Source: Eledone cirrhosa
Lineage: Eukaryota
Length of the DNA: 64,000 nt
NCBI GenBank assembly: GCA_964016885.1
Contig: OZ024752.1
Coordinates: 32,736,001-32,800,000, forward strand
Direction: 5' to 3'
A model generated the notes under the pieces. The model saw only the letters and a program-made list of their open reading frames with translations. It was not told the DNA's origin and searched no databases. Shown here in pieces: positions 1-12,807 of this stretch; position 1 is the first letter of the stretch; each line of letters starts with the position of its first letter. The translations under genes were made by a program, and so were the position numbers.

Positions 1-49
1 CTCGTAAAAGAGACCGCATGCAATCAATTCAAAACAGGTATATATATAT

Positions 50-425
50 ATAATATATATAAGATCAAAAGATGGTTAAAAGAGTTCCATGTATTTTATT
101 ATGCGCATTTCAAAAACAAATATCATTATGCGATGACATTTGCGTTTTCATACAGTTTTAAATCAACATATGTTGATTTAAAACTGCACTATTCACAAGT
201 GTTTTTTAACCTTCATATCATGTCTCCCTATTTTATCTGATGAAAACGCAAATGTCATCGCATGATTATATTTGTTTTTGAAATGCGCATAATAAAATAC
301 ATGGAACTCTTTTAACCATCTTTTGATCTTATATATTATTTATACTCCAATCCTACAAACTGTAGAGTGTTACTTATCCGATATCTGCATTGCTTTATTG
401 TACTCCAATAAAACTCACCTCCTAC
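50..425 (+). mobile_element. PLE-type pLTR/3'-end module (family A) with inverted 5' arm
   Basis: 50-150 is the reverse complement of about 240-340, with a palindromic centre at 153-186. Other copies at 18093-18258 and 42962-43125. Flanked by (TA)n and carries an HHR. Confidence 0.7.
229..299 (+). ncRNA. Type I hammerhead ribozyme (family A)
   Basis: TATTTTAT-CTGATGA-[stem II hairpin]-GAAA-TGCGCA-TA-ATAAAATA: perfect 8-bp stem I, palindromic helix III, AUA site. Confidence 0.8.
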
Positions 426-427
426 AT

Positions 428-466
<39 letters not shown>

Positions 467-549
467 CACACACACACACACTTTGTATTGTAGCCCTTAT
501 TTTCTTTATTATTTATGATTTTATATGTCTTTTTCTTTCTTTTTGTAAG

Positions 550-711
550 GATTTACATGCCATAAATGAAATGATCAAGAAAGTTCCTGGGAAACGGTGC
601 CTCGAAATTGAAGATGATGTTTGTCAATCTCCAGCCAAGCGCCACGAATTCGTGAGACGACTTCAGGCCGTTAACAAGGATAGACAGAAAGAACAGAATG
701 GTACAACATAG
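550..711 (+). CDS. Last coding exon of a retinoblastoma-like pocket protein (p107/p130 type)
   Basis: Polypyrimidine tract and acceptor (ttttctttctttttgtaag|GAT), then DLHAINEMIKKVPGKRCLEIEDDVCQSPAKRHEFVRRLQAVNKDRQKEQNGTT*. Matches the recalled p107/p130 C-terminal pattern L..IN.MI...KKR....D...SPAKR....RRLQ.V..DR. Too short for the ORF track. Confidence 0.85.
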   Translation, partial: DLHAINEMIKKVPGKRCLEIEDDVCQSPAKRHEFVRRLQAVNKDRQKEQNGTT

Positions 712-768
712 ACATACATGAGCATAGAACAGTTGTCCTGCCCTTATATGTTACCATCTCTCTCGTTC

Positions 769-805
<37 letters not shown>

Positions 806-874
806 ATTATGGCTAAATAGTGAGTCTTGTTACTCTGGAGTTTCACCTGTGCATACACAGGCTCTCAACTACAT

Positions 875-918
<44 letters not shown>

Positions 919-950
919 GGCTTCTATAGGACTAGAACTTTCATTCAGGA

Positions 951-1001
951 GGCTTCCTGATGATTTCTCCCGAATGAAACAGTTCTAGTTCTGTAGAAGC
1001 C
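951..1001 (+). ncRNA. Type I hammerhead ribozyme (family B)
   Basis: GGCTTC-CTGATGA-T TTC TCCC GAA T-GAAA-CAG ttctagtt CTG-TA-GAAGCC: 6-bp stem I, GUA site; covaries with the copy at 51283-51333. Confidence 0.85.
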
Positions 1002-1249
1002 ATCTCTTTCTCTCTCTCTCTCTCTCACTATATATTGTAAAGAGCATCTGCAACTCTCAAATGGGTTTCTTCAAAAATTGTTTTTATTTTTAATTAAGCA
1101 GTTGAATGTCTGAATCGAAATTTAGATATTTGAATTGCTATGAAGCAATGTAATATATGTTGAAACACGGTTTCTATATATATATATCTCTCTCTCTCTA
1201 TATATATATATAAAAAATATTATTCCAAGTAAAGAAACGTCAGTTGATC

Positions 1250-1255
1250 AATAAA
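1250..1255 (+). promoter_or_regulatory. Candidate polyadenylation signal of the pocket-protein gene
   Basis: First AATAAA downstream of the TAG at 709-711. Confidence 0.35.
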
Positions 1256-1718
1256 TCAACCGATTGTAGTGTAATCAGGTGTAAGCACTCCACCACATGG
1301 GTATCTTAAGGTATTACCTATAAGGTATCAGATGGAGTGTCAATCTTATAAAGAAGAGAGATGGTTTTACACACACACACACACACAAACTACTTGTTAT
1401 CAGTTTTTTTTTTTTTTTGTCTCTGATGGAGAAATAGGATTCAAAATATTTTTAATGAAATTAGTCTCTTATCTGAATATCTCTGTCTACATTACCATTC
1501 ATTTTATTCTTTACAATCTACAAATCCTTCTCCACTCCTCTCACTCCCAAAATGACACCCACTGAAAAATTACTTCTATCTAAATTGAAACAAACAATCC
1601 AACATGTGTGCGTGTGTGTGTGTGTGTGTTTGTGCGTGCGTGCGTGTATAATATATATATATTTAACAAAGAATAGCTGTCGAAACGGCCGGAGCTCAGC
1701 TGTCGGCGTCCTGATTCT

Positions 1719-2031
1719 GGAGGCGCATGGCTTAGTGGTTAGAGCATTGGCCTTGCAATCGAAAGGTTGTGAGTTCAATTCTCAGACAGGGTGATGTGTT
1801 GTTTCCTTGAGCAAGACACTTTATTTCACATTGATCCAGTTTACTCAGCTGTAGAAATGAGATGATAGGGACTGGAGTCCCTATCATTCCACTACAAAGT
1901 GGACGTGGAGGTGCCACGGCAAAAAAGCACCCAGCACTCACTGTAAATGAGGTTGGTGTTAGGAAGGTCATCAAGCCAGAATCAGTTCCCGTCCCACCCT
2001 TGCAAGCAAGGAAAAGCAGACGTATGATGAT
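1719..2031 (+). mobile_element. tRNA-derived SINE with RTE-like (GAT)n tail
   Basis: A box TGGCTTAGTGG, B box GAGTTCAATTC, CCTTGAGCAAGACACTT core, ends gacgtatgatgatg. Confidence 0.7.
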
Positions 2032-2033
2032 GG

Positions 2034-2065
<32 letters not shown>

Positions 2066-2240
2066 CATAATATAGAAGTTAATTCAGCAGCTGATGATCT
2101 GACTAAAGTGAAACAATTGTTCTCAGAAATGGTGAATTAACTGTTGTGGAACTTCTATCAAACTCGTCCCACCCATGGACTGAGTGCTCTACTACTACGG
2201 ATATAACCTAACAGTGTTCTACTATTATATATATATCTAT

Positions 2241-2528
2241 CTAAGGCGGGTAAAATTCCCGAGATCCATGGACGAGTTCTCTCCAGCGGTCTCTGTCCCT
2301 CATTATCGCTGCCATGTCCTGCGTCTCCAACAGACCAGTGTCTGTCCTTAGGGCATCAACATACGTTAACCTTGGTCTTCCTCTTCTAGTGTGTCCATGT
2401 AGGGGCTCCCAAAGGAGCACTGAGTGCAATGTCAACTCTGGATGTCGGTGAGCATGTCCAGCCAACCTCAGTCTCCTCTGTGTCACTTTTGAGCTGACTT
2501 TTGGGATGCTCCCATACAGCTCTGAGTT
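2241..2528 (-). mobile_element. 5'-truncated RTE-X-like LINE 3' end
   Basis: RRLRLAGHAHRH...[11 protein letters not shown]...DRDRWRELV; near-identical copies at 24781, 28943, 50919 and 61238. Confidence 0.85.
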
Positions 2529-2566
2529 TATATATATGTATATATATATATGAGATTATATATATA

Positions 2567-2997
2567 TAAGTAGAAGTGGTATTTAATTTGTTGGAAGTCC
2601 GACAAATATAAATGTTTATAACTGATTTAGAGCACTCAACAGATTACTGGAGTAAATATTCTATGATATTAAATAAATGGAAACTATATTTATAAAACCA
2701 TATTTATTTTATTTTATATATTTCAAGGGTAACCAAGACAACATTGGTACGCTTTCATCAGATAAAATACAAAGTTTGTTTTATAAATAGAGACATACCC
2801 ATGAAAATCATACCTTATCGGTTGGAAATTCACTGGATAGTGATAGGTTTGATTTTCATGGGTATGTCTCTATTTATAAAACAAACTTTGTATTTTATCT
2901 GACGAAAGCGTACCAATGTTGTCTTGGTTACCCTTGAAATATATAAAATAAAATAAATATGGTTTTATAAATATAGTTTCCATTCATTTAATATCAT
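2567..2997 (-). mobile_element. PLE-type fold-back module (family A') with two HHR-like motifs (2705-2769 -, 2891-2955 +)
   Basis: Arms of about 155 bp (2662-2820 vs 2845-2997). TATTTTAT-CTGA(T/C)GA-stem II-GAAA-TATATA-AA-ATAAAATA, i.e. cleavage U lost. Homologous to 44030-44176. Confidence 0.7.
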
Positions 2998-3056
2998 TGT
3001 ATATATATCATCATCATCATTTAACGTCCATCTTCCACGCTAGCATGGGTTAGACG

Positions 3057-3095
<39 letters not shown>

Positions 3096-3230
3096 TGTCT
3101 GTGCATATACATATATTTCTATAATCATGTCTGCTTCACACTTTTATCTCATGAAATATAAATCAGTTATAATTACTTCATATAAATTCATTTGTGAAGG
3201 ATGGCTATGGAAGGAATCCCCTCTTTGATT

Positions 3231-3267
<37 letters not shown>

Positions 3268-3374
3268 GTGTGTATGTTTCATCTAATACTCCATTATATG
3301 TTCCTGACAATAGGCTTAGGCCATGCTGGAGCACTGCCATGTTTATGTATGTTAAATAAATTTTATTTATAAAT

Positions 3375-4128
3375 ATATAATATATATATATATATGTATG
3401 TATGTATGTATATGTGTATGTATGTATATGTGTATGTATGTATATGTGTATGTATGTATATATATATGTGTATGTATGTATATATATATGTGTATGTAGG
3501 TATATATGTATATATATGTATGTATATATATATATGTATATATATGTATATATATGTATATATATGTATGTATATATATGTATATATGTATATATATGTA
3601 TATATATATATATGTATATTTATATGTATATTTATATGTATGTATATATATATGTATGTATATATATATGTATATATATATGTATGTATATATATATGTA
3701 TATATATATATGTATGTATATATGTATGTATATATATATATGTATGTATATATGTATGTATATATATATGTATATATATATGTATGTATATATATATGTA
3801 TATATATATGTATATATATATATATATGTATGTATATATGTGTATATATATATATATATATATTTATGTGTATAGTAAATATATATATATATATATATAT
3901 GTGTATAGTAAATATGTATGTATGTATGTGTATGTATGTATGTATATATATGTATGTATATATGTATATATATATGTATGTATATATATATGTATGTATA
4001 TATATATGTATGTATATATGTATGTATATATGTATGTATATATATATATATGTATGTATATATATATATATGTATGTATGTATATATGTATGTATGTATA
4101 TATGTATGTATGTATATATGTATGTATG

Positions 4129-4190
<62 letters not shown>

Positions 4191-4910
4191 TGTATGTATG
4201 TATGTATATATATATATGTATGTATGTATATATATATATATATGTATGTATATATATATATATATGTATGTATATATATATATATATATATGTATGTATA
4301 TATATATATATATATGTATGTATATATGTATGTATGTATATATATATGTGTATATATATGTATATATATATGTATATATATATGTATATATATACATATA
4401 TGTATGTATATATATATGTATATATATACATATATGTATGTATATATATATGTATATATATATGTATATATATATGTATGTATGTATGTATATATATATA
4501 TGTATATATATATGTATATATATATGTATGTATGTATGTATATATGTATGTATGTATGTATATATATATGTATGTATGTATGTATATATATATGTATGTA
4601 TGTATGTATGTATATATATATGTATGTATGTATGTATATATATATATATGTATGTATATATATGTATATATGTCTGTATGTATATATGTATGTATATATG
4701 TATGTATGTATATATGTATGTATATATGTATGTATATATATATGTATGTATATATGTATGTATGTATATATGTATGTATATATGTATGTATATATATATG
4801 TATGTATATATGTATGTATATATGTATGTATATATATATGTGTATATATATGTATATATATATGTGTATATATATGTATATATATATATGTATGTATATA
4901 TGTATGTATG

Positions 4911-4941
<31 letters not shown>

Positions 4942-4976
4942 GTATATATATATGTATATATATACATATATGTATG

Positions 4977-5007
<31 letters not shown>

Positions 5008-5172
5008 GTATATATATACATATATGTATGTATATATATATGTATATATATACATATATGTATGTATATATATATGTATATATATATGTATATATATATG
5101 TATATATATATATATATATACATATATATATGTATGTATATATATATGTATATATATATGTATATATATATG

Positions 5173-5204
<32 letters not shown>

Positions 5205-5584
5205 TGTATATGTATATATATATGTATATATATATATGTATATATATGTATATATATGTATATATATATGTATATATATATGTATATATATATGTATATA
5301 TATATGTATATATATATGTATATATATATGTATATATATATGTATATATATATGTATATATATATGTATATATATATGTATATATATATGTATATATATA
5401 TGTATATATATATGTATGTATGTATATATGTATATATATATGTATGTATGTATGTATATATATATGTATGTATGTATATATATATGTATGTATGTATATA
5501 TATATGTATGTATGTATATATATATATATATGTATGTATATATATATATGTATGTATGTATATATATATATGTATATATGTATG

Positions 5585-5627
<43 letters not shown>

Positions 5628-5628
5628 G

Positions 5629-5663
<35 letters not shown>

Positions 5664-6050
5664 GTGTATATGTATATATGTATGTATATATGTGTATATA
5701 TATATGTATATGTATATATGTATATATATATATGTATATATATATATGTATATATATATATGTATATATATATATGTATATGTATATATATGTATGTATA
5801 TGTATATATATGTATATATATATATGTATATATATATATGTATATGTATATATATGTATGTATATGTATATATATGTATGTATATATATGTATATATATG
5901 TATATATATGTATGTATATATATGTATATATATATGTATGTATATATATGTATATATATGTATGTATATATATGTATATATATGTATGTATATATGTATA
6001 TATATGTATGTATATATGTGTATATATATGTATGTATATATATATGTATG

Positions 6051-6085
<35 letters not shown>

Positions 6086-6108
6086 GTATATATATACATA
6101 TGTATGTA
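3375..6108. repeat. Giant (TA)n/(TATG)n compound microsatellite
   Basis: About 2.7 kb of TA with TG interruptions; source of the spurious 780-950 aa ORFs. Confidence 0.97.
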
Positions 6109-6114
6109 TTGTTA

Positions 6115-6390
6115 AGAGAGTGGGACTGGCTTTGTGCAGTGCCTTTGCTCACTATAAAAGCTTCACGGCACAGGCATTGCTTTATATCTGGAGATCTCTC
6201 TGCACTTGTCCTCACATTGTACCATGGGCCCAGCGCTATGTGTCAATAATTGTCACAAGTGTAGTGTTTGTACCAGAGTTTTCAAGTCGCTGGCTGGACT
6301 AAAAAGTCACACTCGTTCAGCGCATCGGTAGGGGTTCTCCTACATGGATATAAAGTAGTGGCCGTACTCGAAAAAGAGTTGGCAGCCACC
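6115..6390 (+). mobile_element. Bipartite non-autonomous RTE derivative (5'UTR piece + 3' end)
   Basis: 6115-6180 resembles the reverse complement of 42530-42600 (RTE 5'UTR). 6185-6390 encodes [22 protein letters not shown] plus a 3' tail similar to 38596-38640. Confidence 0.65.
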
Positions 6391-7956
6391 ATGTATGTAT
6401 ATGTATATATGTATGTATATATATATATATATATATGTGTGTGTATGTATATACATATATATATCTATATGTATGTATATGCATGTATATATATATATGT
6501 GTGTGTATGTATATACATATATATATATGTGTGTGTATGTATATACATATATATATGTATGTATATATATATATATATATAACATTTTTAGTGGCTAATC
6601 ATTTTGGGAAAATTTGATTCATAATTCACGGTATATTCTCTCATTTTCCAATTATTTTCTAGATATTGGTATTTAATTGGTATAAATCACTAAAATTTTG
6701 TTTATATTTCCCTCTACCCCTGCTCCCCCAAAATTGTTTTAGAATGTGTCATAAACTAAACAGTTTTCCTGTCACAGCTTTCTTTTTATTTATTTAATGG
6801 TGTTTCTTTTTAAAAATGGATGTTTTAACAAATACGTTTTTCTTTTATGAATACTTCTGACACTGCCCAGTGTTGTATATTAAATAGTTAATATTATGTT
6901 AAATTAAAATTGAAGCACCAGTTCGCATCTACACAAATACATGTAGAAACACACATATGTGGATGCACGCACATACATAATAATAATAATGAAATTATTG
7001 TGTACAGTGCTCAGGTGCACTACAACTCATCAAAGGTGCATGTATAGTACATAGAATAATGTTTGTACATGTCTAGCTTTATTCTAGCAGTAAAGGTTAC
7101 TAGTATAAACACATTTTCTATTGATTTCATATTACCACACACACACACACACACACACATACCACATCACATCCACATATATATGTCTAACTTTACCCCA
7201 TCCGTAAAAGTTATTATTTTAAACATATTTTATGTTTTCATATTAACACACACATCACACAGACACCATACAAACACCCATACGTCTAACTTCACCATAC
7301 CAGTACAAGTTACTAGTGTAAACATATTTTCTGTTTTCATATTGTTTAGTATATTTTAGTTTTAACTAAGTTTTAACTAAGTTTTAACTAAGCTTGTGCC
7401 TGCTCTAAATACCCCCTACTCCGATCCTTCTGTAAATCGAGCCTTGTTGGCATGTAATTTATATAATTCCAATATGAATTTATCATCATAAAGTGGTTGG
7501 TGATAGGAAAGGCATCCAGCCATAGAAAGCTTACCAAACAAAGGGTTGGGAGGACCCTTCAGTTGTGTCAAAGACATGACCTCCTCTCCTGTGCACCTGG
7601 TGGAGCGTTGACCATACATAAAGTAAGACACGGATCCCTGGCCTGCTTTGGAGATCAGTGGCTCCATTTTAGTACTGACTTGTTCTATGTAGACCCGTTT
7701 AACTCTTGCTGAATGATGATGATAGTTTTCTGAAAATCTGGTTCTTATTAAATCACCAAATGTAGTCAGTCATGTCACATCACTGTTACTATGTTACTAT
7801 ATGACTGTTGTAATATTGTGTAATTGTAGAATTAGTTATAGTAGTAGTGGTGGTAGTAGTTATTAGTATAATAGCTGAGTTCTTTCAGTCTCTTTCTTAG
7901 CTTGTTTTTTGGTCAAAGCAGAGTTGAATTTCCTATCATGGTTTCATAGGACTTGC

Positions 7957-8437
7957 GGAGGTGTGTGACCTAGTGGTAAGGGTGTTGGACTTATGATCAT
8001 AATGCTGTAGGTTCAATTCCTGGACTGGGTTGTGTTGTGTTCTTGAGTAAAATACTTCATTTCATGTTACTCCAGTATACTTAGCTGAAAATGAGTACCA
8101 GCAATATCTGGGGGTTTAACCCTGTGATGGACTAGCATCCTGTCCCGGGGAGGTCTTGTACTCTGTCACTTCATGCCACATATACTGGGCTAAGTACTAG
8201 CCGGATGAGCCTCTGGACTCAAAACAGACTGGCATCCTGTTCCAGGGGACGTCTTGTACTTTCAGTCACTTGACACCATGTAAACTGGGATGAATCTCCA
8301 GAATCTTGAGACAGACTTTAACACTGTGGTGGACTGGCATCCTGTCCAGGGGAAGGCCTTGTATTTTCAGTTGCTTCACGCCATGTAAACCGGGATAAGC
8401 ACTGGCCGGGTAGGCCTCCGAGTTTGAGACAGACTTT
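7957..8437 (+). mobile_element. tRNA-derived SINE (MetaSINE-like body) with triplicated 3' half
   Basis: A/B boxes; AACCCTGTGATGGACTAGCATCCTGTCC...GAGACAGACTTT block repeated three times. Confidence 0.7.
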
Positions 8438-10711
8438 AGTTTTGTTGCACTTAGTGCTTTTCTAATTATAGACGTTTCTTTTCAAAAATGTTACTTCACC
8501 TACACTGTGCATAATTTATTTTATTGAAATCTTCATAATCTATTTTGGGTCAAGTTGGTTAGTTACAATCACAGCACTTATCACTTAGATTTACAAAGGT
8601 CAACTGAAAACATCATGGGCTGACTAAGATATTCTCATGGAATGACCAAATGAGGTTTATTTTTCAACATAGTCCCTGAATAGAAACAATGCAGTTATTA
8701 ATAAGAAGAGTTGAAATTAATTAATACATGCACGATTTCATAGTTTTAGCATCAATCCTTCATAGACGGCCTATAAACTTTTCAGCCTGACCCTTGTAGA
8801 TATTACTCCACTCTCAATATTATTTTTCATAAGTTGGCTGGGTCAGTACTTTTTTATTTTATTTTCTTTCTCTTTTTCCTGACATAGTTTATATGTTAGC
8901 ATCAAATTCTTCCATGTTTAACCGTTTAGCGTTTGCATTACACTATATATACTATTGTATTTTCACGATAAACACTTTATCTCACATAATATCGAATCTA
9001 TGAGATTTTGATATTACTTATTTTGAGAACAATACCTTAACATCAGTATGAGTGGTCAGTTATGGCCGGTTTGAACAGAAAGAGCTGAGAATTTTGGCCA
9101 GATATGGCCAGTTTAAATGCTAAAGGGTTAAACTTCATTTCTAATACACTCCTAGCATTTTCGTCTTCCCTCATATAAAACATTTTATAATCATTTTATA
9201 ATCATTTTTGTGGTGTTTCTTCCAACTTTAACTAACTTCACCTTGATCTCACAAACTCACAAACTTCTATTATGAACACTCATTTCAAATGGATAACAGG
9301 TTTCAATACAAATTTGCAGTTTTTCTCTGCTTCGGTATTAACTGAAAACGAGATTACTATTTCAGCTGTCATATACCAAGCTATGAATGTTTTTAGGCAA
9401 GTATCATTGAAGAAACTCACACCCTCCTTCATCATGTTTCATAAAATATTTTTATTCCGGTGGATAGATGGCAAGTCCTTCCATTCTACAAGTGTAATGG
9501 CAAGTCCTTCCATTCTACAAGTGTAATAAAACCAACCTGTTATTTTTTCATATTCAAAATTACTCTGTGTGCATATATATATATGTGTGTGTGTATATAT
9601 GTCATTATGTGTGTGTGTGCAACTTAAATTGCTAGTTTCATTCGTTTGATCTCCAAGTCTGTAATATATATGTATATATATATTGTATGTATGTGTGTAT
9701 ATATATATATATGTGTGTATATTCATATATATATATATATATATAAAATTCCTACTTATTTTATTATTAGAATCTCAGACAATAATATCTTGTGTAATGA
9801 GATTAATTTCAACTCTAAGTAGGAGAGTGCCAAATAGTTTCAGGCTTTTGTTTTTATTTATTTTTATTTTACCCCTCCCTCTCCGCCCCCCCCCCCTTTA
9901 TTTTTCTAACAATTAACAAAACCAATTATTAATTTGGCTTGATAAGTTGTTTTGTATCATGTGTTCTCACTTTCCCCATATCACAATCCAGGAGAATATT
10001 TTCTTAAAATTTCATTATTATTAATTTTCTTGAGGAGGGAAATTATTCCCTCAAATGTATATATATATATATTTTACATTTAATTTCACGTCATAATTTT
10101 CACAAGTCGAAAGATGAGTCTGATTAAACACTCACAAAATTTTTAAATCTTGGGGAAATATTTTATTTTAAAACAACTGTTCTGTATGAGCAAGACGTGG
10201 CCTCCTGACCTAACTTGTCTAATTCATGTAAGAGTGGAAAATGGACGTTAAATGATGATGATACCATTATCCCTGTATGTTGTAAAAGGTGACTGAAATG
10301 GTTGATACCTGCAAGTGCATCCAGCAATATAAAACCAAGCCAAAATACAGATCTGTATGAGCAAGACATGGTCTCCAAATGTGAATTGTCTCATAACGTG
10401 ACAACCCATTTAACCCATGTAAGCGTGGGAAAATGGACGTTAAATAATGATAATGTTCAGTCTAGAGTATTGTAGGTTGCTGGAAGGTTAGATGAGTGAT
10501 AAGATGAAATATTTCAGTTAAATAAATCTCCAAGTTAGAGAAAAATATTCGTATTTTTTATTTATTTATTTATTTGTTATTACCGAGGAGTTGCGTCCCC
10601 TGTTCAAATTCACAACTGAAAAACAAACCACGACGAAATGTTTGATTGGTTGCAATAAAATAGATTCCACTACCTGGTTGTGATGATTAGACTAAAGTAG
10701 ACATCTTATTG

Positions 10712-11075
10712 TGGAAGTGTGTAGCTTAGTGGCAAGAGTGTTGGGCTTAAAATAACGTTGTGGGTCGTAATCCTGGACTGGTGTGTTGTGTTCTTGAGCA
10801 AAACTCTTCATTTCACATTGCCTCAGTATACTCAGCTGAAAATGAGTACCAGTAATAGCTGGCGTTCAGTTCAAGGGCAGGCGAAGTCTTGTACTCTCAG
10901 TTTCTTGATGCCATCAAAACTGGGATGAACTTGTGGGCTCTAGTCAGACTTTAACCCTGCAATCAACTGACGTCTTGTCTAGTGTGGAGTTTTGTACTCT
11001 CAGTTGCTTAACACCACAGAAACCAGGATAAGCATTGGCCTGATGAGTCTCTGGGCTTGAGACAGACTAGACTTT
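10712..11075 (+). mobile_element. Same SINE family, 3' half duplicated
   Basis: Collinear with 7957-8437 and 16133-16390. Confidence 0.65.
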
Positions 11076-12379
11076 TAAGCATCTTATCAATCCCCTATGT
11101 ATGTCATAGTCTTATGACAGACATCTCACCATTGATATTGTCTTAAAATGTTGTTGACAGATGTGTCTTGTGTGTGCCGTAGTCTTATGACAAACATCTC
11201 AACATTGTTTTCAATCTTGCACTGAAATATCAAAGATGGAAGATAGAACCAACGCAACTTGATCATCGAACTCAACTTGATCAACGGACTTGACTTGATC
11301 TCTCTGGCATCTGATCTTCATATTGACTTCATCTGTTGTCAAGTTTATCACCACTATGTGGCTTATTCTGCTCTGCTGTAAACTCTTGGAAGATGTGTCC
11401 TGTTTGAGAATAACTTGCTCTCTTCCTTTTACCAGCTTTGTGGGGTCTGAAAGGGTTCATGGGTGCTGCCTTTCTTCATCTGACTAAACTATTAAAACAA
11501 TCATTTGTAGGAAACAAATGGAAAATTGTGTCTCATAGGTTTTAGTTTATGTTGTTTTCTTTTGGACTTGGGTCTAATGTGTAGATCCTTTCATAAACAG
11601 TTACAACAGTCCTGCTGCTCTTTACATGACATGGTTTGATCCCAACACATCACTTAAGACAAATGTCTCATTTAACTATTGACTAGCCCCTGGTCAATTT
11701 CTCTTGAGCAACGGTGAACAGTCCTGCTGCTCTTTACATGGTTGGTTCTAAGGTTTCATCCCAACACATCACTTTAGATAAATATGTTTTACTTTAGTCT
11801 TAGGTAGTTATTTACTAGCCCCTGGTCAGTTTGTTTCTCTTGAGCAAACTTCCATTGATTAACTCCCTAATCAGTTATCAAATCTTTCTTTTATTATGGA
11901 CATGTCAATGTCAGATGTAGACCTAAAATGTGTGGTCCCCTATGCCCCCTATCTTAATGACATTGAGATATTTCTTAATAGAGATTTCACAACTTCACTG
12001 TTACTCCATGATAGACCATGCCTACATTTCCTCATGACTTTTGTATAGTATTACATGCAGTAGTTTATGGCATGGGATGTTGCAGTTTCTCTGCTCACTG
12101 TACATGTATACCTCAGCTTATTTAAAATACATAAATAATAGTGTACTGTATTGTATATTGTCTGAGGTCAACTTAGCCTTTCATCCATTCAAGGTTGATA
12201 AAAAAAAAGTACCAGTCAAGTACTGGGGTCAATTCTTCCTCTATATCTTTTTCTCACTTCCATTCTTTTACTCTGGAAGAAATCTGTTTTATTCAGACCA
12301 GGAGAGGAGGTGGGCTCTGTTTAAAACCTGCTCTAGGAATGCTGTAGTGTACCAAAACAGTGTCCCTATGATTCTCTCG

Positions 12380-12535
12380 AGAGTTATAGGACCATAAATA
12401 CTGTATACTGTAATGTACGTTAAAGTACAACAGTAGGGAATGTTTATGGGGAGGGGGTAATTCGACATTTGTTGTTCTTTTTGTCTTTAGTCTTGATTGA
12501 ATTCTGGAACAAATTAATGGCATACCTCTGTGTAT
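12380..12535 (-). mobile_element. DNA-transposon (pogo/Tigger-like) fragment
   Basis: Reverse-complement similarity to 19112-19285. Confidence 0.4.
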
Positions 12536-12551
12536 ATATATATATATATAT

Positions 12552-12772
12552 ATAGGAACGAGTAGGACCCCGACGGCTGAGCTCAAGCCGTTTCGATGGC
12601 TAATTCTGGACTCATGTACATCAACACTCATCATTAGTCCAGAATTATCCGTCGAAACGGCTTGAGCTCAGCCGTCGGGGGTCCTACTTGTTCCTATTAC
12701 CCACTCTACTACCCTAAGTATTGAGTACTTGGGTGCGTTATGGTCCATCTGGTTCCTTACCACATTTCCTTC

Positions 12773-12775
<3 letters not shown>
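12552..12775 (+). mobile_element. PLE-type pLTR module (family J) with half-hammerhead and fold-back
   Basis: GAAA-CGGC ttgagctca GCCG-TC-GGGG. Copies at 1672-1718, 19388-19595, 19617-19746, 51865-52022 and 61047-61184, all at (TA)n or similar repeats. Confidence 0.65.

Positions 12776-12807
<32 letters not shown>

Noticed and set aside
3367-6302. 780-950 aa ORFs of Y/I/H/T/M/C/V (also at 20437, 54443, 56072)
   Set aside because: Stop-free translations of TA/TG/CA microsatellites, open in several frames on both strands.
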